Assembly: GCA_965198115.1 (NCBI GenBank)
Contig: OZ240241.1
Coordinates: 6,848,001-6,912,000 of the forward strand
DNA: 64,000 bases
Direction: 5' to 3'
Source: Candidatus Latescibacterota bacterium
GTDB lineage: Bacteria > Latescibacterota > UBA2968
Below, piece after piece: positions 1 to 8,685 of the stretch (positions are counted from its first letter, which is position 1; each line of letters begins with the position of its first letter). The notes below the pieces were generated by a model. It was not told the DNA's origin. It saw only the letters and a list, made by a program, of their open reading frames with translations, and did no database searches. The position numbers and the translations under genes were made by a program.

Positions 1-68
1 ATCCTGGGCGAAATCTCGAAGAGCTCATTCAGGTCGAAGAACGGTTCTTCACGAACGTTGTCGTTCAC
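1..68 (-). CDS. 5' end of a gene running off the window (possibly sialidase-like)
   Basis: GTG at 68 preceded by GGAG; reads MNDNVREEPFFDLNELFEISPR to the window edge. Confidence 0.3.
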   Translation of the reverse strand, partial: MNDNVREEPFFDLNELFEISPR

Positions 69-191
69 ATCTTCTCCGAGTGGTTTAATTGCATATTGGC
101 CACCTGTAGTATGGACAGAGGCAGGATTACTCTTGTCCTTCGTCAGGCTCGGATAAACTCCATTAGTAGTCCTTGCTTGCGATTCGCAATG

Positions 192-224
192 GGCGTGTTC
201 TCGACTCCCGCTCGAACTGACGCC
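192..224. repeat. REP-like hairpin, family A (core TCGACTCCCGCTC)
   Basis: ggcgtgttc-tcgactcccgctc-gaactgacgcc; same core at 23179, 36471, 37522, 44308. Confidence 0.6.
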
Positions 225-291
225 GCGAGGAGTGTACCAAAAGAGGACGTTACGACTTCGTTGGATTCCGCTATTTATGTGTACTCGCGCG

Positions 292-1179
292 CTACGAGCC
301 GTCTTTGTGCCGTGGACGGTAGGGAACGGCCTCCTGAACCCCATAGGTAAGACTCGTCCCGTCGTCTTCAACCACGGGCCGGTTGTAGACGTAAGGGGGT
401 TCCACAACGGCGCGCTGCACATCTGTCAGTTCGCTCACCCAATCGGGCTGGCTCGTCTCGATGAAGCCCTGATGAAAATTGAGGTATCTGGATACGTATC
501 GGTAGAGAAGGGAGCGCCGGTTGTGGTCTGCCTTCCAGGGCAATGCGCCGTGGAGCGTCGCCTCGAGGAAGATCACCATGTCCCCGGCTTTGCTGGCTAC
601 GTTGTGCACCGCTTCTTGGTCCTCGCTGTGGAGCAGAATGTCCTCGGGACACTTGAAATTCGCCTTGTGGCTGCCTGGTATGACCGTGACGCCGCCATCG
701 CCGGGATTGATATCTGCCAGCTGGAATTGGAAGACGGCCATGCCGGTACGGATCTGGCCGTTCTGATAGTGGTAGAACATCCCCTCGTCGAAATACCAGC
801 TTGAAGCTCCGTGGAGGCCGTGACCTCCGGACCCCTTCCTGGCCATGATGATGAAAGGCTCCTGGTCCATTCGCCAACCCTGACCGAAGAGAGTGTTGAG
901 GTACGGGATGAGCTTCGGGTGGGCGATGATGTCACGGAATGGCTGGCACCACGGCTGGTCCCACGTCAGCATATCTCTCACGGACGCGGCCTGGTAAGGG
1001 CCGTCCATTCCGCCGCCGTAGGTGCTTCCTTCGGCGTAGAACCCTTCCGCCCCTTCGTCGACGTTGGCATCGACGGCTTCGTTGAGCGCTCGGACTTCGT
1101 CGTCGGTCAGAAAGTTCTTCACGACCAGGTAGCCCTGCAGGTCGAAGAGAAACTTTTCGCGATCTGTCATTTCAAGCAT
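292..1179 (-). CDS. PhyH-family Fe(II)/2-oxoglutarate-dependent oxygenase with HxA motif (candidate halogenase)
   Basis: EKFLFDLQGYLVVKNFL N-terminus, VIPGSHK, AGDMVIF..LHG, RRS; first metal motif is HGA instead of HxD. Confidence 0.85.
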   Translation of the reverse strand: MLEMTDREKFLFDLQGYLVVKNFLTDDEVRALNEAVDANVDEGAEGFYAEGSTYGGGMDGPYQAASVRDMLTWDQPWCQPFRDIIAHPKLIPYLNTLFGQGWRMDQEPFIIMARKGSGGHGLHGASSWYFDEGMFYHYQNGQIRTGMAVFQFQLADINPGDGGVTVIPGSHKANFKCPEDILLHSEDQEAVHNVASKAGDMVIFLEATLHGALPWKADHNRRSLLYRYVSRYLNFHQGFIETSQPDWVSELTDVQRAVVEPPYVYNRPVVEDDGTSLTYGVQEAVPYRPRHKDGS

Positions 1180-1301
1180 GGCAATCCCCCATCGCATATT
1201 CTTTGGTCACCCACGTGATTTCAGGCCCCAGACCACCGCCTCATCCGACGGGAAGGTTAAAGGGGGGTGCCGCACCGGGCAACGGGAATGTGGGGCGGCA
1301 T

Positions 1302-1336
1302 TGACCAGTGACAAATGACCATTGACAATTGACAAA
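1302..1336. repeat. Tandem heptamer array 5x TGAC(A/C)AN
   Basis: tgaccag tgacaaa tgaccat tgacaat tgacaaa; contains TTGACA twice. Confidence 0.85.
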
Positions 1337-1393
1337 AGGGTCTATTGGATTCCCTTACGTCAGTCGGTGATCAGTGGTTAACGGGAGGACCTA

Positions 1394-3613
1394 ATGGACA
1401 TTGTCGGCTACAGCGATCGTTTCGGCGTCCAGCCGGGAGAGTCGGTCAGCTTCATGGTCAGCAGTCGGTCGCCCACCTATCACGCCGAGATCGTGCGCTT
1501 GAGGCATATCGACGAGAGTCCCGATGGGCCCGGCTTCAAGTCCGATCCGGTGGCGTCAGATATCAGCGGTGACTACGAGGGCAAGCCGCACGCGATCCGG
1601 ACCGGGTCGTACGTCAATGTCCCGCACGACCGGAAGCTCGATTGTGCCGATGAGTTCACGCTGCGGGCCTTGATCTACCCTACGACGCCCGAGAAAGGCG
1701 TGCAGGGCCTACTCACCAAATGGGATGATCGTGAGCAGTCAGGCTACGCGATGGTGATCGAGGAAGATGGGAGCCTGGGACTTTGGATCGGCGACGGGAA
1801 AGGACAAGTCCAGAAAGTCCGAACCGGCGTCGGCTTGAAAGCCTCGCACTGGTACCTTATCGGTGCGACCTACGACGCCGCATCAGGGAGGGTGTGCCTC
1901 TATCAGGAGCCCATCGCTCGGTGGCCCGTCGAGAATCCTTCAGCCGCGGTCGAAGAAACCATCCGATCGGGGGCCATCGGTATCAACTCGGACGCCTTCT
2001 TGATGGCGGCCTACTGGCAAAAGAAGAAGGACGATGACAACGTCACAACAGCGCACTTCAACGGAAAGATCGAGGGACCACGTCTCTACCATCGGTCGTT
2101 CGAGCGGATCGAGCAGCTGAGAGGCGCAGAGGTCGAAGCGGATGAAGGTCTTGTCGCTAGCTGGGATTTCTCCCGCGATTTCTCTTCGAGTAAGGTGACG
2201 GACACGTCGTCTCAGGGCCTGCATGGACGAACGGTGAACATCCCGATGCGCGCTGCAATTGGTCACAACTGGACAGGAGAGGAAGCCGATTTCCGCGCCA
2301 AGCCATCAGAGTACGGTGCCATCTATTTCCACGATGATGATCTGGAGGATGCGGGCTGGGATGTCGGGTTCGAATGGACGATTCCCGATGAACTGCCGAG
2401 CGGCATCTACGCGGCTCATCTGCACGCAGAGGATGGTGAAGACTACGTTCCGTTCGCAGTGAGACCATCAAAGAATGCCGCTCGATCTCCCATCGCCTTT
2501 CTAGCGCCCTCAGTCACTTACCTCGCATATGCAAACCAGCAGTATAACGATCCGATGAGGGTCGAGCTGGGGCGTGTTGATAGTGAAGATGTGAATCCGC
2601 GAGATCAGTACATGCGTGACCAGAAATTGATGAGTCTCTACGACATGCACAGCGATGGTACGGGGGTGTGCTATTCATCGCGATTGCGGCCCATCATGAA
2701 CATGAAGCCGGGATATCGTAACGCGGCGTTGTCACTCGCTGCCGGCTGGCCACACGGATTGAACGCGGACATGCATCTGCTCGACTGGATGGATGCGAAG
2801 CCGTTCGACTACGACGTGATCACGGATGACGACTTGCATCACGAAGGCACGGAACTTCTCGAACCCTATCGTGTAATCGTAACGGGCACGCATCCCGAAT
2901 ACTGGACCCTTCAGATGCTCGATGGGATGGCATCGTATCTCGCCGGTGGTGGGCGGATCATGTATCTAGGCGGGAACGGATTTTACTGGGTGACCTCATT
3001 CGATCCGGAACGCCCGCACATCATCGAGATCAGACGGTGGGGCGGGACACGTGCCTGGGAGGCGTTGCCCGGCGAGTATCATCACAGCACGACCGGCGAG
3101 CTCGGTGGTCTCTGGCGGTTTCGGAACCGGGCGCCGCAGCGATTGGTCGGTGTGGGTTTCGTATCGATGGGCAGCGGGGTGAACCGGCCCTACAGACGCC
3201 AGCCGGACAGTTTCGACGATAGGGCCGCTTTCATCTTCGAGGGAATCGAAGATGAGGAGCTGATTGGAGACTTTCCATCGCTGGTCTACGGACACGGGGC
3301 CGCGGGCTTCGAGATCGACCGTATAGATCACGCCTTGGGAACCCCGAGCCATGCTCTGCTCTTGGCGCAATCTTTCGGCCACTCGGATGAGTACCAGCTG
3401 GTCATCGAAGATCAGAAAGCGTCTGGCGGTCCAACTGGTGGTAGCGAGAGCCGGCTCGTCCACGCTGATATGGTCTACCACGAAGGGCCCAACGACGGTG
3501 CAGTGTTCTCAGTCGGATCCATCAGCTGGTGCGGAAGCCTCTCTTACAACGACTATATCAACAATGTTTCGAAGGTGACGGAGAACGTGCTTCGCCGCTT
3601 CTCGTCGGGCTAG
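1394..3613 (+). CDS. N,N-dimethylformamidase large (beta) subunit family protein with LamG-like domain
   Basis: GGAGG RBS; HFNGKIE, FHDDDLED, TYLAYAN, SLYD, GTHPEYW, YLGGNGFYW, VFSVGSISWCGSL motifs. Confidence 0.9.
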   Translation: MDIVGYSDRFGVQPGESVSFMVSSRSPTYHAEIVRLRHIDESPDGPGFKSDPVASDISGDYEGKPHAIRTGSYVNVPHDRKLDCADEFTLRALIYPTTPEKGVQGLLTKWDDREQSGYAMVIEEDGSLGLWIGDGKGQVQKVRTGVGLKASHWYLIGATYDAASGRVCLYQEPIARWPVENPSAAVEETIRSGAIGINSDAFLMAAYWQKKKDDDNVTTAHFNGKIEGPRLYHRSFERIEQLRGAEVEADEGLVASWDFSRDFSSSKVTDTSSQGLHGRTVNIPMRAAIGHNWTGEEADFRAKPSEYGAIYFHDDDLEDAGWDVGFEWTIPDELPSGIYAAHLHAEDGEDYVPFAVRPSKNAARSPIAFLAPSVTYLAYANQQYNDPMRVELGRVDSEDVNPRDQYMRDQKLMSLYDMHSDGTGVCYSSRLRPIMNMKPGYRNAALSLAAGWPHGLNADMHLLDWMDAKPFDYDVITDDDLHHEGTELLEPYRVIVTGTHPEYWTLQMLDGMASYLAGGGRIMYLGGNGFYWVTSFDPERPHIIEIRRWGGTRAWEALPGEYHHSTTGELGGLWRFRNRAPQRLVGVGFVSMGSGVNRPYRRQPDSFDDRAAFIFEGIEDEELIGDFPSLVYGHGAAGFEIDRIDHALGTPSHALLLAQSFGHSDEYQLVIEDQKASGGPTGGSESRLVHADMVYHEGPNDGAVFSVGSISWCGSLSYNDYINNVSKVTENVLRRFSSG

Positions 3614-3637
3614 CTGGGGCGTTGCCCAAGACGGTTG

Positions 3638-4123
3638 CTATAACCAGCGTCGTACAGTGCTACGATAGGCGGTGTACTCTTCCTTAAAAGCCGTCGAGAG
3701 GTAGCGCTCCTCGCGGCAAATTACGAGGAAATGCAGAGACGCGATCACAGCAGGAAAGAAGAAGAAAGGCCAGCAGGCGTTGACCAGGACGGACACACCG
3801 AGAAAGAGCGCAGACAAGGAAAGATACATGGGATTTCGGCTGAGGCGATAAGGGCCCCAAGTGACCAGACGCGTCGCCGGGCGGTTCGGGAAGACCGGTG
3901 TACGTTGTTGCCAGAAGGTCAGCATCGCCCACCCAGAAAGGCCTGCCCAGGCACCGATCAGGAGCCACCCGACAATGACGCTGGCAGCCCTCCAATGAGC
4001 AGGGACGATGTGCAGCGGTACCCACTGGTGAAGCAGGATCCCCGCACCCAAGGGAAGAACGAAGATCAAGGGCGGCGGAAAGCCCACCCCAGGGTGGAGC
4101 GGAGCTTCATCGCCCCGCGCCAT
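3638..4123 (-). CDS. Isoprenylcysteine carboxyl methyltransferase (ICMT/PEMT) family membrane protein
   Basis: LVTWGPYRLSRNPMYL, REERYL, Y..Y...VRRW. Confidence 0.85.
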   Translation of the reverse strand: MARGDEAPLHPGVGFPPPLIFVLPLGAGILLHQWVPLHIVPAHWRAASVIVGWLLIGAWAGLSGWAMLTFWQQRTPVFPNRPATRLVTWGPYRLSRNPMYLSLSALFLGVSVLVNACWPFFFFPAVIASLHFLVICREERYLSTAFKEEYTAYRSTVRRWL

Positions 4124-4183
4124 CCCTTCTTCGGCATTAGGTCGCTCCACGTGTTGTCCAGCTGTCTCGAGTGTTCGAGGTCG

Positions 4184-4444
4184 TCATCGGGTTGCTTCGT
4201 TGTCGTTAAACCTCGATTGGTTCAACCCCGATAATGTGTGGAAGAAGATCGCGTAGGGGACGATGAACAATGGGATCATCCCGGTTGGGAAAGCGATCAT
4301 CTGGTTGGGCACGGTTGGAAAGAACAGCTGGAGCGGTGTTTCTTTCACGCTCGCCCCACTGAACGTGTAGGTGCCCAACACGTGGAAGGGTATGAACATC
4401 ATTGAACCCGCAACAATGATGTATGTCAGGGGATGTGCGTCCAT
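4184..4444 (-). pseudogene. Probable C-terminal fragment of a membrane protein
   Basis: Short hydrophobic ORF ending PTGMIPLFIVPYAIFFH; no plausible N-terminal part. Confidence 0.35.
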
Positions 4445-4556
4445 CGGCTATGGTATTGATAGACCCTCAACGACGGGATCGACTCTCGAGCGGAACCCGC
4501 TGCCGCAAGAAGAGATCCTCGGTTTCCAGTGGACAGGACAGTAGAGATCGGAGAAT

Positions 4557-4586
4557 TGGCCCCGGCTCTAAGAACTGGGATGACAA
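4557..4586. repeat. REP-like hairpin, family B (CCCCGGC..ACCGGGGTGAC)
   Basis: tggccccggctctaagaactgggatgacaa; related copies at 8594, 36577, 54480, 54548. Confidence 0.6.
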
Positions 4587-4631
4587 CCCTTCGTTGGATC
4601 TATGCAACCCAGTTTCGACTCCCAGTGCTTG

Positions 4632-5603
4632 TTATCGTCTGTCGCGGCGGAGGTCCAGCCACTCCATTTCTTCGTCCGTGAGCCTGACTTCCAGGGCGCG
4701 GATGTTCTCTCGATACTCATCGCCGGTGAAAGTCCCGATCAGGGCGTAGATGTCGAGGCCGGGCTGTTGAACAACGTAGGCCAGTGCGACCTGCGGAACA
4801 GATATTCCCTTCTCTTTCCCTAGCTCTTCCGCTCGATCCATCCGTTTGAAATTGTCTTCGTGAGCATAGCAACGCGTAACCGGTTCGGGGAAGTCGCCTT
4901 TGACCTCTTCCCAGTTGCCGCGTGTGATTCGACCCGAAAAGAACCCCTGGGCCAGCGATGACCACGTGAAGAGGGGAATGTTTTGCTGCGCGTACCAAGC
5001 GCGATCGTCGGTCGCCTGCGGACCACTGATCGAGATGCAGTCCGCCCACGGCTCGTCTGCTTGCTCGGCCAGACTGAAATTAGGGCTGCTGACGGTGAAC
5101 GGCCGCAGACCGTGCTTCTCTGCGTATTCGTTCGCTTCCTCAAGCCGGGTGGGTCTCCAGTTGGAACCGCCGAACGTTCCGATCTGGCCTGCCGCGTGAT
5201 ATTCGTTCAGGATTTCCACAATAGGGCCGACCGATACATCGGGATCGTCGCGATGTAGAACGTAGATGTCAAGAAAGTCCGTCCGCAATCTGGCGAAAGA
5301 GTCGTGGATGTCGGCGGAAATGTCGAAAGGAGTTACGCGTTTGCGGTCAGCGCTGTGATGTGCCCCTTTTGTAAGAATGACGACATCGTCTCGGTTGCCT
5401 CTCGTCTCCATCCATTGGCCAAGAACACGCTCGGAGTGACCGCCCCCATAGCCGTGGGCCGTGTCCCACGTGCGGCACCCAGCTTCGTAAACCGCGTCGA
5501 GGAGTTCGAACCCTTCCTCAAGCTTGTCCCCTCTCAGCATGATGGCGCCGTGGACGAGGCGGCTTACCGGCTTGTTCACGCCATCGATGTTTCCGTATTC
5601 CAT
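4632..5603 (-). CDS. Aldo/keto reductase
   Basis: WDTAHGYGGGHSERVLG, ILTKG, DIYVLHRDD, GGSNW. Confidence 0.9.
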   Translation of the reverse strand: MEYGNIDGVNKPVSRLVHGAIMLRGDKLEEGFELLDAVYEAGCRTWDTAHGYGGGHSERVLGQWMETRGNRDDVVILTKGAHHSADRKRVTPFDISADIHDSFARLRTDFLDIYVLHRDDPDVSVGPIVEILNEYHAAGQIGTFGGSNWRPTRLEEANEYAEKHGLRPFTVSSPNFSLAEQADEPWADCISISGPQATDDRAWYAQQNIPLFTWSSLAQGFFSGRITRGNWEEVKGDFPEPVTRCYAHEDNFKRMDRAEELGKEKGISVPQVALAYVVQQPGLDIYALIGTFTGDEYRENIRALEVRLTDEEMEWLDLRRDRR

Positions 5604-5615
5604 TGAAACTCCAGT

Positions 5616-5643
5616 GAGAAGGGAGTAGGCAGAAGGAAAGGCG
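5616..5643. repeat. Heptamer array (G/C)AG(A/T)AGG
   Basis: gagaagg gagtagg cagaagg; the same 21-mer with one mismatch at 12329-12349. Confidence 0.65.
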
Positions 5644-5644
5644 G

Positions 5645-6625
5645 CTACTCCATGGGATATTTCAATCCCCAGTGGGTGCGGATGCGGTCGAGGGTGTTCA
5701 TGATTGCGATGGTTTCGTCCAGCGGCATGATGTCGCTTTCGGTTTTCCCCTCATTCACGCATTTGGCGACTTCAGCGGCCTCGCAGTTGTAGCCGTTGCC
5801 CTCGTAAGGCGCGTCGATGACTTCCTCGTTGTTGCCCTTGACGAGGATGGCCCTGGTGCCGCTCCAGAATGTTAGGAGTCGGATGTACCCATCGGTGCCG
5901 ATGATGGTCGCATCGTGAGGGGTCCTCGATCGGATTGCGCAGGACAGCAAGGCGAGACGGCCTTCCTCCCCATAGCCGAAGACTATCGCGCCCTGTTCGT
6001 CAACGCCTGTCTCGCCGATCTGGGCACCACCTGCGATGTCCGTTGGTTGCCCACCCATGATCATCGAGGCGAGCGACACGGTGTAGACGCCGATGTCGAG
6101 CAGGGCACCGCCTGCCAGGGCCGGGCTGAAGAGACGGCCCTCCGGATTGACATTCGCTCGGAAGCCGAAGTCGGCGGAAACCATGCGTACATCACCAATA
6201 TCGCCGTTCGCGATCCGCTTCCGGGCCTCTATGATCACCGGGAGGAAGCGCGTCCACATGGCTTCCATGAGAAAGAGGTTTTTCTCTCTCGCGACGGAGA
6301 CGAGTTCGCGTGCTTCGGCTTCGTTGACGGTAAACGGTTTTTCGCAGAGTACGGCCTTGCCGTGCTCGAGACAGAGGATGCTGTTGTCCTTGTGCATCGG
6401 GTGGGGCGTCGCGACATAAATAGCGTCGACGAGCGGATCGGCAGCGAGATCTTCATAGCTGCTGTGCCGCGTCGGGACGTTGAACTCGTTGCCGAACGCA
6501 TCCGCGTTGTCCTGCGTACGGGATCCGACTGCGACAAGCTGGGCATCGTCCAGCGCCTGGAGTCCTGTTGCAAACTTCCGGGCGATGCTGCCACAACCGA
6601 GGATACCCCAACGGAGTGCGTTCAC
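5645..6625 (-). CDS. Gfo/Idh/MocA family oxidoreductase
   Basis: WGILGCGSIA, YVATPH, VLCEKP, MEAMWTRF, GGALLDIGVY. Confidence 0.92.
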   Translation of the reverse strand: MNALRWGILGCGSIARKFATGLQALDDAQLVAVGSRTQDNADAFGNEFNVPTRHSSYEDLAADPLVDAIYVATPHPMHKDNSILCLEHGKAVLCEKPFTVNEAEARELVSVAREKNLFLMEAMWTRFLPVIIEARKRIANGDIGDVRMVSADFGFRANVNPEGRLFSPALAGGALLDIGVYTVSLASMIMGGQPTDIAGGAQIGETGVDEQGAIVFGYGEEGRLALLSCAIRSRTPHDATIIGTDGYIRLLTFWSGTRAILVKGNNEEVIDAPYEGNGYNCEAAEVAKCVNEGKTESDIMPLDETIAIMNTLDRIRTHWGLKYPME

Positions 6626-6643
6626 AGTAAAACCTCTATAGCT

Positions 6644-6705
6644 GGTGGACAGTGGGCGGTCGACCCACCTTCGCCAAGGCTTCGGCGGGCAGGCAGTGGA
6701 CGGTG
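6644..6705. repeat. Heptamer array (A/G)GTGG(A/G)C interrupted by a hairpin element
   Basis: ggtggac agtgggc ggtcgac [ccaccttcgccaaggcttcggcgggcaggc] agtggac ggtg. Confidence 0.75.
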
Positions 6706-6742
6706 TCTCTGGTTTGCGTGACTGAATCGCATCGGGGTTCGG

Positions 6743-7513
6743 CTATCGTGCCGCTTTTAGCGGGGTTCTAGATGGGCGGGCGTCGATGGCGAAGGGGAAG
6801 GTGCCTTCGTAGCCGCGGGCGCGAGAAACGAACCAGGCGCCCTCATACATGGGAGTTAATTGATAGTGACAGACGACGTTGCTCCGTTCGACACTGTCGT
6901 CTTCTTTTACGCCCTGATGAGGGATGTGGCTGATGAAGACGACGGCGTCACCGGCCTTAGGATAAATGACGACGTGCTCCTGAGCCTCACACCAGGCCTC
7001 GAACTTTGCCCGATCGAACGGATCTTCGTCCAGGTGACCTGGCTCGAAGGTGTGCCCGCGCTTGATGAACTTGAGGTGGGCGATGCCGGGGCCGTTGTCC
7101 TGAAAATAGAAGGTCGTGTTGACACCGACGGGTGGAACGGCGAGACGATATTTTTCAGCCCGTCGCTTCTCCTGCCAGTAGCCGTAGAAGTCCAGGTGCC
7201 ATTCCTGGTGGTAGGGCCCTGGGTTGATGTGCGCCCTGAAACTCCGCAGCTGGCATTGAGGGCCCATCATTCCCTCGAGCACAGGGCGGATGCTTTCGTG
7301 TCCGACGAGCGGTCCGAAGACTTCGGGTTCCCTGTCGAGGAGGGTGTCGAACCACATGTTTTCGACCTCGTTCAGCCCCTCCTCCCAGCCCTTCTCCCGC
7401 GCCTGATTGATGTGGACGCGGACTTCCTCGGTTTGTTCAGTGTCGAGCGCGTTTGGGATCAGGATGAAGCCTTCGGATTCCAATTCATCGAGTACTTCTT
7501 CAAGGTTGTTCAT
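6743..7513 (-). CDS. PhyH-family dioxygenase
   Basis: EGFILIPNAL, WHLD, KAGDAVVF..HIPHQG, RS. Confidence 0.85.
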   Translation of the reverse strand: MNNLEEVLDELESEGFILIPNALDTEQTEEVRVHINQAREKGWEEGLNEVENMWFDTLLDREPEVFGPLVGHESIRPVLEGMMGPQCQLRSFRAHINPGPYHQEWHLDFYGYWQEKRRAEKYRLAVPPVGVNTTFYFQDNGPGIAHLKFIKRGHTFEPGHLDEDPFDRAKFEAWCEAQEHVVIYPKAGDAVVFISHIPHQGVKEDDSVERSNVVCHYQLTPMYEGAWFVSRARGYEGTFPFAIDARPSRTPLKAAR

Positions 7514-7723
7514 CTTTTTCTATGCTGAGCGGGTGATGGGGGGACGGGGCGAGTGGGAGAGCAGGCGTGGCGATGTCTTCTCCCTTCAGGTGAACACTCG
7601 AAGTCTACTCCTCTCCGCGGTTTTCCGTTGTTTCCTAGTGTCTTTCTGGTCATAGGGATACTTTGCGATTCCAGATTCGTTAAGGTCGATAGTGAGGTAA
7701 GGCAGTCGGGATGTGGCGACGGG

Positions 7724-8482
7724 TCAGGGTTTCACAGCGTCGCAGGCGGTGAAGAAATCCTCGTTCGATACACTGAAGCCATATTTCTGCTCGACTTCGC
7801 GGATGGCGATCTCGGTGGCGAAGAGCTGATCGAGAGTATCGGGGAATTCGACGCCGGTGGTTGCGTCGCGGAGCAGGATGACATTGTAGCCACGTCCTCT
7901 CATGTCCTTTACGCCATAGTCCCGATTGATGACGCACCAGTTCGTGGCGAAGCCGGCGTAGAGGAGGTGTAGGATGCCAGAAGATTCCAGTCGCTCGTGG
8001 AGCTGCTGTCCCGTGGCGATAACCACATCGTCCTCGCATACTTCCACGAGATCAGACATTCGATATTCGAAGTCTCGAATGCCCGGGTATTGCTGCCGGG
8101 GACCCCGATAGGCGTGGTAGTCGCCTTCACGATTCCGGAATGCTCTCGGGGGCCAATCCGGTTCGGGGTCTGGTTTGGGGGGCGTGTGTTCTTTGACCTT
8201 GTCATACCGTGTGGCGACTTGGGGACAGGGGCCGTGAATCACCTTGATACCGGCCTGCCTGGCTGCCTCAATCGCGGGCAGAATGTTGTCCTTCAACACG
8301 TTGCCCGCCCGCTCGAGCCAGCTTTCGATGAAATGGTCGTTCCACAGATCGACAAGGACGAGCGCCGTCTGGTCGATGGGCATTGACATAGGAATTTCAC
8401 GACGCTCGAAGTTTTCTTCACGAACGGGGATGCCTTCTGGCGTCGAATCTTGGAAATAACGGACTGTGAGATCGAGAGTCAT
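7724..8482 (-). CDS. Isochorismatase-family cysteine hydrolase
   Basis: TALVLVDLWN, YAGFATNWCV, RGYNVILLRDAT. Confidence 0.8.
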   Translation of the reverse strand: MTLDLTVRYFQDSTPEGIPVREENFERREIPMSMPIDQTALVLVDLWNDHFIESWLERAGNVLKDNILPAIEAARQAGIKVIHGPCPQVATRYDKVKEHTPPKPDPEPDWPPRAFRNREGDYHAYRGPRQQYPGIRDFEYRMSDLVEVCEDDVVIATGQQLHERLESSGILHLLYAGFATNWCVINRDYGVKDMRGRGYNVILLRDATTGVEFPDTLDQLFATEIAIREVEQKYGFSVSNEDFFTACDAVKP

Positions 8483-8508
8483 CAGTTGCCCCTGAGGTTT
8501 TAAACATC

Positions 8509-8622
8509 AGCCCGCTTCAGCGGGCTTCGGGCTATCAGCGTGGGACTTCAGTCCCACGTGTATTTCGTTTGCGATATACGCGAAGACAAATCCGACCCCG
8601 GCCAACAACCGTACCGGGGTGA
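8509..8622. repeat. Cluster of REP-like hairpins
   Basis: agcccgc-ttca-gcgggct (8509-8526), cgtgggac-ttca-gtcccacg (8539-8558), family-B copy 8594-8622. Confidence 0.7.
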
Positions 8623-8685
8623 TCTCCTTCCCTCCAAGCACGACGTCGGCGGTACCGTGATGCAGTCCCTCCTAGATTCCCCGTT

